From assembly GCF_036321535.1 (NCBI RefSeq), contig NC_087436.1:14136001-14200000 (forward strand): a stretch of DNA of 64,000 nt. The letters are read 5' to 3'. The DNA comes from Camelus dromedarius (Eukaryota). The notes under the pieces were generated by a model that was not told where the DNA came from, searched no databases, and worked only from the letters and a program-made list of their open reading frames with translations. How positions within the stretch are numbered: the first letter of the stretch is position 1; each line of letters starts with the position of its first letter. Position numbers and translations under genes: made by a program. Positions 1 to 12,874 of this stretch are shown one piece after another.

Positions 1-3000
1 TGCTTGTTTGCTATCTTTATATATTTCTTGGTGAAAGGTCTCTTCGTAGCTTTGGCTCATGTGCTAATTGGATTGTTTGCTCTTTTAGTGTTGAGTTTTG
101 AGAGTTCTTTATATGTTCTAGATAATCATGCTTTGTTGGATATGTGGTTTGCAAATATTTTCTCCCATTTGGTAGCTGGTCTGTTGTATCCTTTCAATGC
201 AGTCTTTCTCAGAGCATTCCGTATGCCAGGTATTTCCTATTCTTTCCTTGTCACACTAGCTGGAACTTCCAGCAGTATGCTTAATGAGCGTGGTGAGAGT
301 ACACGTTCTTGCCTTGTTCCTGATGTCAGAAGGAAAACATTCAGTCTTTCACCATTAAGTATAACATTGGCTGTAGGTTTTTTGTACGTACTCTTTATCA
401 AGTTGAGGAAGTTCCCTTCTATGCCTATTTTTTCAAGAGTTTTTTTTATCATGAATGAGTGTTGAATTTTGTCAAATGCTTTTGCTGCATTAATTGATAT
501 GATCATGTACTTCTTTAGCCTGTTAATATGATGGATTACATTAATTGATTTTCAAATGTTGAATCTTAATAATAATAATAAATAATAATGCATAAATAAT
601 AAACCTTACTTGGTCATGGTGTACAATTTTTTTAGATATTATTTAGTTCTATTTGAAAATATTTTGTGAAGAATTTTTGCACCTACACTCAGGACGGACA
701 TTGGTCTGAATTTTTTTTATCCTCTCTTTGGTTAGTTGTGGTTACCAAGGTAGCACTAGTTTCATGAAATAAATTGCAAAGTGTTCTCTCTCTTCTATTT
801 TCTGGACTAGATTGTTTAGAATTCGTATTAATTCTTTTTTAAATGAGTGGTGGAATTCTCCAGTGAAATTAAGCCTAGAGATTTTTTTTTTTGTGAGTTA
901 TTAAATTACGAATTCAATTTCCTTAATAGTTACAGTACTTTTCAAATGATTTATTTCATTTTGGGCGAGTTTTGGCAGTTGTGGTCCATTTCATCAAAGC
1001 TGTCACAGTTATGAATGTACAGTTGCTTGTAATATTCCCTTATCCTTTTGATGTCTGCAGGGTCTTTAGTGATATCCTTTCGTTCATTCCTGATGTTGGT
1101 AATTTGTGTCTTCTCTCTTTTTGTCTTACTAGAAGTTTATCAATTTTATGATCTTTTCAAAGAATCAGCTCTTTTTTTAAAAATTAATTTTCTTTATTTG
1201 GAAACAGGCATTTCTCTGTTTCAATTTTATTAATCTTTGCTCTTACATTATTACTTTCTTTCTTTTGCTTGCTTCGGGTTTATTTAAGTTCTTGAAGTGA
1301 GACTTTAAATTATTGTTTTGAGATGTTCCCTCTTTTCTAATATATGTATTTAGTGCTACAGATTTCCTTCTCAACACTGCTTTATGTGTATCCCACAAAT
1401 TGTGATATGCTGTATTTTTATTTTCATTCATTTCACTGTATTTTATACAATTTCTTCTATGACCACCTCTTTGACCCATGGATTATTTTTTAAAATTTTG
1501 TTGTTCAGTTTCCAAGTGTTTGGCGATTTTCATATTATCTTTCTGTTATTGATTTCTAGTTTGTTTCCATTGTGGTCAGAGAATACACTTTATAGGATTT
1601 AAATTTCTTACACTCTTTTTTTATGGCCCAGGGTATGGTCTATCTTGGCCTATGTTCCGTGGGTGTGTGAAAAACATGTGTATTCTGTGTTGTTGGGTGG
1701 AGGGTTCTATAAATATTGATTCAGTTCTCTGGGTTGATAGCATTGTTGAGTTCTTCTATATCCTTGTTGAATTTATGTCTAGTTGGTACCAGTTGTTGAG
1801 AAAGGGATGTTGAAGTCTACAGCTGTAATTGGGGATTTGTCTCTTTCTCTTTTCAAGTATATCTGTTTTTTCTTCACATATTTTGCAGCTCTGGTGGTTG
1901 GTGCACCCACGTTTAGGACTACTACGTCTACTTGATGAATTGATCCTTTTATTGTTATACAATATTCCTCTGTATTTTTGCTGATTTTGTTTGCTCTGAA
2001 GTTTACTCTGTCTGATAGTAATATCTCATTGTGGGTTTTTTTGTTGCTAATGTTTGCATGACATATATTTTCCCATCCTGCCTATATTGTTATATTTGAA
2101 ATGAGTTTCTTGCAGACATCATATGGTTGAGTCATGTTTTTTTAAACCACTCTAACAATTTTTGTCTTTTAATTGTTGTTTAGACTGTTTACATTAATGT
2201 ACTAATTGATATGTTAGTGCTTATTAAGTCTACCATTATTTCCTGTTTATTCTCTGTATTTTCCATTTATTTTCCCTGCCTCCCTGTGTGTACTTGAACA
2301 CCTAGAATTTCATTTTTATTTACCTCTGGTGTTTTTTTATTGTATCTCTTTCTATAGCTTTTTAACTGGTTGCCCTAGGCATTACATTATATATACAAAA
2401 CTTATCACAGAATCCTGTGTCTTCATCTTACCAGTTTGAGTGATTTACCAGTCTCTTTAGAGGGTAGGTATAGCTCAGTGGTAGAGCACATGCTTAGCAT
2501 ATGCAAGGTCCTGGATTTAATCCCCAGTATCTCCATTAAAAAAAACTTTCATAAAATTAATAAAATTAAAAAATCCTATGTCTTTTAATGTCCCTTCACT
2601 CTCTCCTGTTTATAAAATATAATTATCTTAAATATTTCCTCTGAATACATAGAACCACATTATAAGTGTTGTGATTTTTGCTTCAATCATTACACATTAT
2701 TTAGAAAGCTTAATGGGAGAAGGAAAGCTTATTGTATTTACCCATATTTTTGTTAACTGTGTTCTTTCTTCTTGATGTTCCAAGGTTTTGTCATTTATTT
2801 TTTAGAGAACTTCCTTTAGCCATTCTTTGAGTGTAGGTCGGTTGATGACAATGTCACTATTTCCCTTTCATTCCTGAAAGATACTTTTGCTGGATATAGA
2901 ACTCTGGATTGACAGTTTCTTTCAGTGCTGAAAAATATTATGCACTTCCTTCTGGCCTCCATGGTTAATGAGGAGAAATCTGCTATTATTCAAATTGTTT

Positions 3001-4830
3001 TTCCCCTGTCGGTAAGATGTTGTTTTCCTCTGGCTGACTTTGAGATTATTTTTCTTTAGTCTTCAGGAGTTTAATTATGAGTGTCTTGGCATGGACTTAT
3101 TTGGGTTTATCATATTTGGAGTTTGTTCAACTTCTTAAATTTATAGGTTTGTGTATGTTACCAGATTTGGGACCTTTTCAGCTATTATTTTTCAGCTTCT
3201 TTTTCAGCCACCCTCTCTTATCTCCTTTCAGAACTCCATGATATGAATGTTGAATCTTTTGTTATAGCCTCATTGGTCCCTGAGGATCTGTCCTTTTTTT
3301 TTTTTCCAGTCTATTTTCTCTCTTTTGTTCACATTGGGTAATTTCTATTTTTCTGTCCTCCAGTTCATTGATGCTTTCCTCTGTCCCCTCCATTCTTCCA
3401 TTGAGATCATTTACTGAGCTTTTTATTTCTGTTACTATATTTTTCAATTCTAAAATTTCTATTTGGTTCTTCCTTATATCTTGTATTTCCATGCTGAGGC
3501 ATTTTTTCCCTGTGTTTTAAGCATAATCATAAGGCTTACCAAAGCATTTTCATCATGGCTGCTATAAAATCTTTGTCAGATAATTCTACCATCTTTGTTC
3601 TCTTGATGTTGGCATCTATTGACTGTTGTTATTGTTGTTTTTCATTCAGTTTGAGATCTTCTTGGTTCTTAGTATGACAAGTGATTTTTTAAATTGAACT
3701 TGGACTTTTTAATTGTCTAATTTTAAAAATCCTTTTATTTTTAGTTTTAACATTAAACATTTTGCCCCTACCTCCCCACAAATCTGCACATAATGCTTGA
3801 AGCTCTTTCTCCTCAGCATTTAGTCCAGGGCTTGGCCCAAAATATTTATCAAGTAAACAAAAGAACAGATAAACCAGTGGATAGATGTAGGAATGAATGC
3901 AAATTTAGATTTGTGGGGCCTTACCCTAGCTATAAGCTCTCCTCCCCTACTCAAAAGGACAGGAGCTAAGGTTTTAGAAAAAAAAAAATTAGGAAAACCA
4001 AACTTGGACATTTTTATTGTGGTATGAAACTCTAGACTTTATTTAAACTGGCTTTCCCTGATACAACTCTGGCATGAAAGAAGAGGGAGCACTGTCTCAT
4101 TACTGCCAAGAGGAAGTAGAAGCCTGGGTTCCCTACTCAGCCCCTAGTGGCAGCCAAGGTCAGGAATCCTCATTAATCCTGGAAAGGAGTGCGAGTTCCA
4201 GCTCCCCATGTGGTCTCCTCTGAGGTGGCCTCCCTCCATCTGGGAAATGGTGAAAGTCCTGAGTTCCCATGAGGCTTCCTCTGACATCACCCCATGAGGC
4301 AGGAGGGGATGCTCCTGCCAGGTGGGGCTAGGTACCCAGGTGCCCAGCCTAGTCCCCATTGACATGGTGTGTGTGTGTTCATTATCAGCTGGCAGGGATA
4401 AAAATTCCAGCTTCCTTCTTGGCCTTCTCTGATGCCATCCTGGCAGGGGTGTTGGGGTGCCTCATTATAGCCTTGTGAGGGTAGAAGTCAAGGCTCCCCA
4501 CTTGGTCTTTGTCAGCATGGGCTTGAGTGAGGCCATGGTTTTTGGATGAAGAAGAGTGGTTATTGTCTAAAAGTGTTTTGTCTTGTTAAGGTGGCCCTTT
4601 CCTGGTCCTTTATCTAAAGAGAGGAGATTTGTTGGAGTTTTTCTTGTCTGTGCCCACAGCTGTTTTCTAGGTTGCTGTCTTCTTCAGCTTCAAATCTGGG
4701 ATATTTGAGGCAAAAGCTAAGTCCAGAACTTTCTTATGTTTGGTTTATATGTAATGTCTAGGGGTTTTAGTTATACTTAGTGGGAAGAACAGGGAAAACT
4801 TTATCTAACCCATCTTCCGGAACAGAAATC
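1..4830 (-). mobile_element. Decayed LINE-1 (old L1M-type): 5' end at ~4830, ORF1 remnant, ORF2 endonuclease/RT remnants, interrupted by a SINE and a ~285 bp insert
   Basis: Minus ORF 237-506 (IISINAAKAFDKIQHSFMIK...KPTANVILNGERL...SGTRQ) is L1 ORF2 RT. Minus ORF 3262-3492 (NQIEILELKNIVTEIKSSVNDLNGRMEGTEESINELED) is the ORF1 coiled coil. ~1790-1830 encodes a xxDFNxPxS endonuclease-like motif. The + strand is T-rich, with many stops and frameshifts. Confidence 0.92.
2460..2573 (+). mobile_element. tRNA-derived SINE (Vic-1-like) inserted in the L1
   Basis: GGTATAGCTCAGTGGTAGAGC (A box), GGTCCTGGATTTAATCCCCAGTA (degenerate B box), A-rich tail; same family as six other copies in the window. Confidence 0.85.
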
Positions 4831-7800
4831 TCAATAATTTAAGAGCATGAAGGATCCTGAGTTTGTGAACCACTGTTTTAAGAGGATATGAAATGTGTAA
4901 ACCATAGATCCTTGCTCTCGAGTTTATAATCTTGCTGTGAGTGTGACCCATTTGAGGTTTTTAACATATAGCTGTTTGCATTCAGCTGTATACTTTTTTA
5001 ATAAAATAAGCTATCACCAGTTATAAATGGTAAAATACAATCTTCTTCTGGTTATCTTAGTGCTGCAGGGGCTCACTTTCCTGTTCCCCACGCCCTGCGC
5101 CACCCCATGCCGTAACGACTGAGAGCATCAGTTTGCACTGGCACAGCCAGTTTACAGAGCGCTCTCATGTACGTGATGACATGTGATCCTCCCAGCAGCC
5201 ATATAAGGTCAGCCAAACTAGTATTAGCATGACCAGAGCTGGCATTTAGCAGGCACACACCCATACAGTTGTACCAGCTGCTAAAATAATAAAATACTTC
5301 TGTGAAAGCTGCTGCCTTGACCCCCCCCCCCAAGTATCCTCTGCCACCTGTCCCCCACCTCCTTATGTTCATGCACCTGAAAGGTGAATGCTGGGCCAAG
5401 ATGGGATCCTGCTGGTGTCAGATCTCACCGGACGGTGCCCAAGCCACTCCATTGCCAAATGCTTTGACCGCAGGCTCCGAGAACAAGTGACCTGCTCATG
5501 ATCTCCAATCAGGGACTTTGGGAACCTCTCTGGGTCTTTCCCAGACCTTTTCTGAACCAATAGGTAGACAGTGACAGGGCCTCACTGAGGCCGCCCTACA
5601 CACCTTGCTTGTTCCTCCCGCCTCTCTGTGCCCCAGCACCTGCTAGTCCCCAAATGATGGAGAGCACCCAGCACAGAGCCTTCCCCAGGGACCTCAGCCC
5701 CCGCCGGTCTTCCCTGCAGCACACCTGTCCGAGCCCCTCACACATCAGCTTTTTCCTTCAGGGAGAAGTGGGCTCTGTAATGAATCATGCCTGTACATTT
5801 TCTGTTTTTCCCCAAAGACCATATGCTTCTTGAGGAGAAGGACCATGACTTATCATCTCAAACCATCTGGAACACATGTTATGCACATAATGGGTCCTCT
5901 AAAGCACATAAAAAATATTGACCAATTGGCAGGTTCCCAGAGGCAGTCTTGTAGACAGGAAGGCATGGTCACACAGCTGTCCCTGCTCCTTCCTTTCTCT
6001 TGCTGCTTTTCCACTGAAATTTCATACACAGGTACACACCCATGAAACAAGACGTGTATGACTCCAAATCTGTTACTCTCACGCCCTTGAACATTGAAGG
6101 AAAGGTTTTCATGTGACAATCATATGACTGTTGTGTGCTCACACCCTGTGCAGTTTCCTAGGGTAGATACATTTAACCACAACCAAATGACAAACTTTGA
6201 TGACTTAATGGGAAAGTGGAACTAAGTGGAACTCTTGGACTATGACCGCTAAGAGTACCTGGGTTGGCAGGTTGTTGGAGGATCCCTGGGTCAGCTGCAT
6301 GGCGTCCAGGGCTCTGGCTGGGCTGTCCCTCAAGGGGTGTTCCTGGGACTACAGGATCGTTTTCCAAAAACACTGCATGAAGTCCTCTTGGTCTACGGCA
6401 GCCAACTTGGTGGGATACTCCCGGTATTGACAGGTTCCTGATTGCTGAGGCCTGATTGGCTAAGGTGACACTGACCGGTGGCAGTGGCTGGGCAGGCCTT
6501 GAGGGGACAGTGTGGCGTGAAGGGCTCCTCTTGGCCTGCAGTGGCTGAGGGCCAGGCTGGGGTGCTCAGACAGTGCCCCCTAGCTCTCTACCCTCCCCGG
6601 CCTCCTGTTCTGTCCCAGGGGCTGCTCCTTTAAGGGGCTTTGAGGTAAAATCTGTTCCCACCATACGTAGAATTCAGAAACTTCCTGTGAGTGGCCAGCT
6701 CTGCCCTTTGACCTGCAGTTGGCTTCTCTCTTGAGGAAGACAGGGTGAGAAGGTGGAGAGGAAAGTGAGATGATTAAAAATGACAAGGAAGGAGAAAGAG
6801 GGGAGGGGAGACTGTGAGGAAAGGAAGGGAAGGAGGAGCCAGGTCACCTGCCAGCACTGCCGGGGCCACACCGGTCAGACAGTCAGTCAGTGTGGGAGCA
6901 GCCCTGGGCCCTGAGGAGGTTTCCACCACGTAGGCAGGATGCTTCATGGGCCCAGCACCCGAGTGTTTGCTTTTCTAGAACTTCCACAAGTAAACAACCT
7001 CGAGCATAAAGCTTGCCGTCCCTTCACTGCCGCCAGAGTGGAAACATTGAGGTGACTGAGAACACACATGTCTGGCGGGGCTGAGGCAGCCAGGGTGGGC
7101 CTGAGGCCGAGATGGGGGGCCGGTGCCCCCAGGGCCCACCGCCACGAACCAGCCCGTAGCTAGTGCTTTCCCCCCAATAAACGCACACACACATGCACAC
7201 ACACAGACATACCTAGACACACACACACTGCCCTCACTTCAAAACTAATACTCCTGCACCCCCTCCCTGTGCGAAGATCTCAGCTAAATAATTCGCATCT
7301 TAATAGGCCTTTTTAAGACGAGGCCACTCCCCTGGCAGCATCAGCCCTGGTGGAAGCAGGCTGGGTTTCCAGCCCTTCAGTCCCTCCCCGCGGGTCTGGG
7401 CCTGCCCCTGCCACACTCAGGACGCCCACCTCTGCTCCTTCCACGGGGCCTGTAGTTAGAGAACTTTTTATTTTACGTAACTGCGATGGTGGGCGGCTTC
7501 AAGTGTCTAAAGCAAAACAAAACCAAACAAAGCAAAATCTCTTTACGGGTTTTCCTCTTGTAAACATTCTACCCTCCAGGGTTGGTGAGCTCTCAGGAGA
7601 GCCGTTTTCCCAACCATAATTACATCCTGAGGAAAGCGGGCAGCACTGTGTCTGAGTCTGCAGTGCCCAGAAGCTGTTTATTTTATGGGAACTGCTCCCA
7701 CTGTTTGGTTCTCTGGCGTCCAGGAGCCCCCACCCCGGCGGACGCCTCCCTGCTCCAGCAAGAGGCAGGATGCCCGACGGGGCAGGCTCCCCGAGTGGGT

Positions 7801-8578
7801 ACCGCTCTTCTCCCCACCCAGCTGGGGGCGGCCCAGGTGGAAACAATACCCTCTTTCACGGGAAGCAGGTGGTTCGGTTGCAACATCGAGTGAGAAGAGG
7901 CAGGCCCAGCCGCGAGAGGCTGTTCTAGAAATGGAAAGAAATATGTTTCCAGAGGGAAGGGGCTGATCTGGTGCCTGGATAGACCCAGCCCAGGGCTGAC
8001 AGCAGCTGGCGCACTCAGGCACGGCCCAGCCTGTTGTTGAAGCCTCGGAATGCCACGGCTGTGAGTGGTACCCGGGCTGTCCCAGCCCTGCCCAGGCCCC
8101 AGCTGCTAGGATTCCCACCTGGCCCTCCAGGAATTCTCCCACTGGTCAGTGCCGTCAGTTCAGACTGTTGCATATTTTTTTTTCCTTTTTCAGTTTTATT
8201 AGGTAGAATGATTACAGTTTGACTGCACATACAGCATTATATTGCATGTAAATACATACATACAATGTACTGCACATATTTTTAGTTTATATATATGTAT
8301 TGATCATTGTTTCTAAGAACAGAGTAGAGCTTCAGCTTTTTAAACTTACATACATACATACATAGTTATCAAAGGTATAAAGCCAACCACAAAATAAGAA
8401 TCAACTGTTGCATAGTTTTAATCACAACCTCACAGCATCTCCTTCATAAAACCTACCCCCATGCACCCTCCACCCAAATTGAAATTAATTACCCTCTTGA
8501 GAAGTCAGATAGCATGTGGCTTACACTGTTGGGCATTCACCACATTCCTTAGTGTTATTTCTGTGTTGCGTGGTCATT

Positions 8579-8856
8579 TACAGGCATACCTTGTTTTATT
8601 GCCCTTTGTAGATATTGTTATTTTTTATACATTGAAGGTATGGCAATCCTGTGTTGTCAGGTGGTGGTTAGCACCTATTAGCAGTATTTTAAAATTAAGG
8701 TATGTTCATCCTTTTGTAGACATAATGCTATTACACATTTAATAGGCTGCAGTATCGGGTAAACAAGACTTTTATATGCACTGGGAAACCCGGAAGAGCC
8801 ACTCCAGTCACCTTATTGCCTGCATCTGGAACTGAATCTGCAATATCTCTCCGTAT
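8579..8856. mobile_element. Internally deleted Tigger1-derived DNA transposon (MITE-like)
   Basis: Begins TA-CAGGCATACCT. Contains ttttagacataatgctatt-like and cttttatatgcactgggaaacc segments typical of Tigger1 ends, and ends near atatctctccgta. Confidence 0.75.
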
Positions 8857-9654
8857 TTTGGGTTCTGTCTCCCCCATCTCAGGGCCCACGTGCCATTCAC
8901 CCAGGGTTCCCCCCACGCCTGGCACAGACTCAGGGCCATGGACAATTTGTGATATTGGTTTGAACTGGGGTTGGCTTGGAAGTGGGGCTACAGGATGAGG
9001 AAGAAGTCATATGAGATCAGGAACGTTGCCCATGGGCATGTGTCTGTAGGGCTGGAGGGGGCATCTCCAGCCACCTCTACCAATGGATGTGGAGAATGAA
9101 GACAGGTTTGGGTGGAGGTGGGGAAGCCACGCCGCAAGGCTCTCCATCTCCCAGGGCTCGACTGTCCATCAGGCTACTGGGCTCTGCTCACACCCAGGCT
9201 GTCTGTTGGAAACGTTAGCTTCTACTCCCCAGGGTCCTGATGGAAAGCGATTCTCTGCTGTTATCCAGGAGATGCTAGGCCTGAAGAAGCTCTGAGAAGT
9301 CCCCTAATTCAGCCTTCTGCCCCGACAAATGGATAAAGCAACATGGCATTGGCCTCTCTTTCCAAAGCCTCCTGGGCTGGTGATGCTGCCCTCGGAGCCA
9401 GAGGGAGGGTGAGAGACACGGGGGTGGGGTGGGGTGACAGCAGCCGGCGCAGAGCCAGGGCTCCGGGAGTCTGACTCTTATACAACTTGGGGGACACTCT
9501 TTTAAGAGAAACAATCTAAATTTACAAACACACCACGAGGCACAAGGCTTTGGAAGGAACCCACACCAGGAAGGGGCCTGAACCTTATGCTTTGTCAGTT
9601 TCACAACAAATTCACCTCTGGCACAACCTCATAAGGAGGAGGGGCTGGGAATTT

Positions 9655-10058
9655 GTGCCCTAGAGCTGCCCTAAGAAACTGGATGGGTTAGAACCACAGA
9701 AACGTATAGTCTCACAGTCCTGGAAGCTGGAAGTCTAGAATCTAGGTGTCGCGGGCCCCGCTGTCTCTGAAACCGGTCAGAGAATCCTTGCTGCTCCTCC
9801 CTAGTTTCTGACCATCTGGATGGTCCTCGGTTTGCCGTTGGCCTTCGTTGTCAAGTGGCACTTTTCTTGTACGTCTCTGTCTTCACCCGGCCTTCTAAGG
9901 ACAGCAGTTCTGTTAGATTCGGGACCCACTCTACTCTAGTATGACTCATGACCAATTACATCTGCTGTGACCCTATTTCCAAATAAGGTCACATGCCAAG
10001 GTACTGAGGATTGGGACTTCAACATATCTTTTGGGGGGACACAGTTCAACCAGTAGCA
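9655..10058 (-). mobile_element. MLT1 (ERVL-MaLR) solo LTR
   Basis: Hallmark segments ctcacagtcctggaagctggaagtc and attacatctgc...ccctatttccaaataaggtcaca...gggacttcaacatatcttttggggggacacagttcaacc. Confidence 0.85.
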
Positions 10059-10129
10059 GACGGTGGGGAAGGGGAGCAGTAGTGACACTGAAGAAGCAGC
10101 TGGAGCCATTCTGGAACCTTTGGGTCGGG

Positions 10130-10760
10130 GCATCCCGGTGGCTGCTCCACTGGGCTCTCTGGGCGGGAACTCCTTCCTACTCCTTCCCCGGGCCGCCTGC
10201 AGAAGACAGGGCCTCCCCAGACACCCGAGGGTCTGAGCCCTGCTGCTGCAGCTCTACTCCGGGTCTCTTTAGAACCACCCTGCGGTCCCGGTGAGAGTGC
10301 GTGAAGCCTGCGCCCGCAGCGAGCACACCGCCGCCGGGCGCTGAGGGCTCACAGCCCGGGGAAGGGCCGCGGAGGAAGATCTACCCACAAACCACCGCGC
10401 CGGCGCCCCCGCAGCCGCAGCGCCCCCTCGGCGACTTCCCGGCGCTCACTGGGCTCGGCGAGAGGGGCGGAGCCACAGGCGAGTGAAGCGACCGGTAATT
10501 CAGGATGGGGGGCGCCCCTGTTTATAGTTTTCGTTCCTCTATAAAATTTGCCCTCTTAATTACGTTTTGTTTAATCTTCGAAATGTATTTGTTTGCCGAG
10601 CACACCGCCAGGGGCAGGAGCAGCCCGCAGAGTTCTAAGTGGCAGGAAGAAGCCAGGCTGGGATGAAAAACAGGCGGATCATCACAGGATGGGCGGCCCA
10701 CGTACATTCAGTAACTGCCCGGCAAGGTCAGTCACGGGCTGGCCTAGTTGCTTCCACCTT
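10130..10760. promoter_or_regulatory. Orphan CpG-island-like element with GC box and CTCF-like motif
   Basis: Dense CpG/GC at 10280-10520; GGGGCGGAGC at 10464-10473; reverse-strand TCGCCGAGGGGGCGCTG at 10418-10434. Confidence 0.55.
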
Positions 10761-12499
10761 CTAATTAACCAAACGCCAAAGAGGCTGTGCCATTTTCAAA
10801 AAGTCACGTTCCAGTTTGAAAATGCTATCCTACATGCTTCATCCGTGCTGATTCAGTCACCCCCTCGGAAACCGCAGTGCCCCAGGGACGTCATTTTGAC
10901 TGTGAACGATCCAAGGATATAGTGCTGTGCTTTGAAGGATGCGGGGGCCTGGCTACATCTTGCTGGCCCTGTGATATGGTGGACAAGCTGCCTCCTGGTC
11001 ACTCGAGTCCAGGATAGAAAAGAATCTGGTTATGTGAGCTTGCAGTTGTTTAGCTTCCAGAGTAAGACGCAGAGTCCTAATGGGCATCTGATTGTATTTG
11101 TGTTCGAGGACCTGGCACCAGTTCACTGATTGACCAGTTGTGATTAGAGCATATTTGATCTTGCTGAACAAGGAAAGGCAGGATCGGTGCTGACTCAGAC
11201 CCCACTGCTCACCCACAGGGTGAGGGCATCCCCTCTGCCCCTCTGACGGCGCCATTAAGGTTCTTCTGTGACTTTTTGACTGGCCTTTGGACCACCCTGC
11301 TGCAGACTCTTGGGCTTTCCCTGAAAGAATCAAACTTCCACCCCTTCTGCCTCTTTAGTTGCCCAGACCTTAAGTCTCGCCTGCCTGGGGGGTGGTTGGG
11401 ATCAGGGAGGGGGAAGTAACAGAGTTTCTCTTTTTCCTGCATTTGCGCTCCCCCTCCGAGGGTACCGCGGCAACCTCCTGGCAGGTCGGCTCTTAGCTCC
11501 AGCCCCCAAGGAGGCCCTACAAAGCGGCAGGCCACAGATGTGTATGTACAGATCTGCTGACTTCAGAGGGTTAAGCAGGTGTTCCTTACAGGAAAGGTTT
11601 TTGTTTTTGCAGCCATCACGATGCTGGTCACGAGCTGAGTACTTGCAGTGGTGGCTGGAAACTGCTTTGCATCTGCTTTGTGTCTGTCCCTTCACTCTGG
11701 GGGCTCTTATTTATCCTCTTTGATTATCATCAAAGCCTTGAAAACTAGAAACATTGGTTCAATAATTAATATGCGCTCAATAGGGACATGTCTATTTTTA
11801 CTCTCATTGTAAGCCAGGGGCTGACATAGTACCCCGCTCGGGGGAGACCCTAAAGAGGAGTTCCTAGGTGGATGAACAAGTGAGTAGAGAAATGAATGAC
11901 ACATCAAAATGACACTCACGGCAATAAGAACAGGAAGGACCCAGGTGAACCAGAGCAATCAGGGAAGGCTCCATGGAGGAGTGAGACCTGGGCCAGGCAG
12001 CTAAGGCTGAGTGGGGCTTAACCAAGTAACACAGGGAGAAACCAGAGCTATTTCTGTCGAAAATCTTCTGGGGAGAAAAAGGCCTGTACCAGTAAGGATG
12101 TCGGGGGTTCAGTCAATTAACCACCGTCATCCTGATGGTTCAAGGTGATTATTGTCCTGTGGGACCAAGCTGGATCCTGACATGCCGTTTAGGAGTTTGA
12201 GTCTCTGCAGCACAGACCAGCAGGTAGAGGCTGTGTGGTAGAGGGTACAACAATGAATGCCAACTCATCTTCTGCTCAGGCAGTGGGGCCCTGAGTGGGT
12301 GGGTGGGTGTGTTTTACGCTCCGAAGGAGAAGGATTAGGGCAAGTCAGCATCTCCCTCCCACTCAGTACCCTGGCATCCTATCCACTTGCACCGACAGGC
12401 TTTCTACTTGAGCTTCTTGGATTTCCCCTAAGAAGACTTGTCAATAGCACCACCTACTTACTCCCAGTGTCTCATCTTGATGCCCACGCAGACTCACCC

Positions 12500-12810
12500 G
12501 TTCCACACATCCTTACTGAGTATCCACCACGTGCTCCTGGCAACGGCAGAGAGCAAGACAGGCATGATCCCTGCGATCATGGAGTGTACTTTCTCCATCA
12601 AGGAAAACAGACAACAAGCAAGTAATGAAATCAGTAAATAAGATCATTGCTGGTCTGCCAGGCACAATAAGGAACATCCAGCGAAGTGACGTGGTAGATA
12701 GTGACAAGGTGAGGGGTGAGGGGCAACTTAGGTAAGGTGATCAGTCAGAGAAAGCAGCACCGAAGAAGTGACATTTGAGCTGAAAGCTACAAGTGAAATA
12801 AACTCATGCC
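12500..12810. mobile_element. LINE-2 fragment
   Basis: ttactgagtatccacca...ccctgcgatcatggagtgtac...ggtgatcag...gtgacatttgagctgaaa, typical of a degenerate L2 3' region. Confidence 0.6.
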
Positions 12811-12874
12811 AAACGTCAATAAAGAAAGAATAAGAAGTGAAGTTTTGAAATGTATCTATTAAAAACTGAGATAA

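Noticed and set aside
4..465. 153-aa hydrophobic plus-strand ORF and similar ORFs at 1048-1602
   Set aside because: Antisense reading of T-rich L1 sequence
2460..2535. tRNA-like sequences (also at 17150, 50065, 56350, 58060, 59330)
   Set aside because: They carry SINE tails and TSDs and lack an intact acceptor stem, so they are SINEs, not tRNA genes
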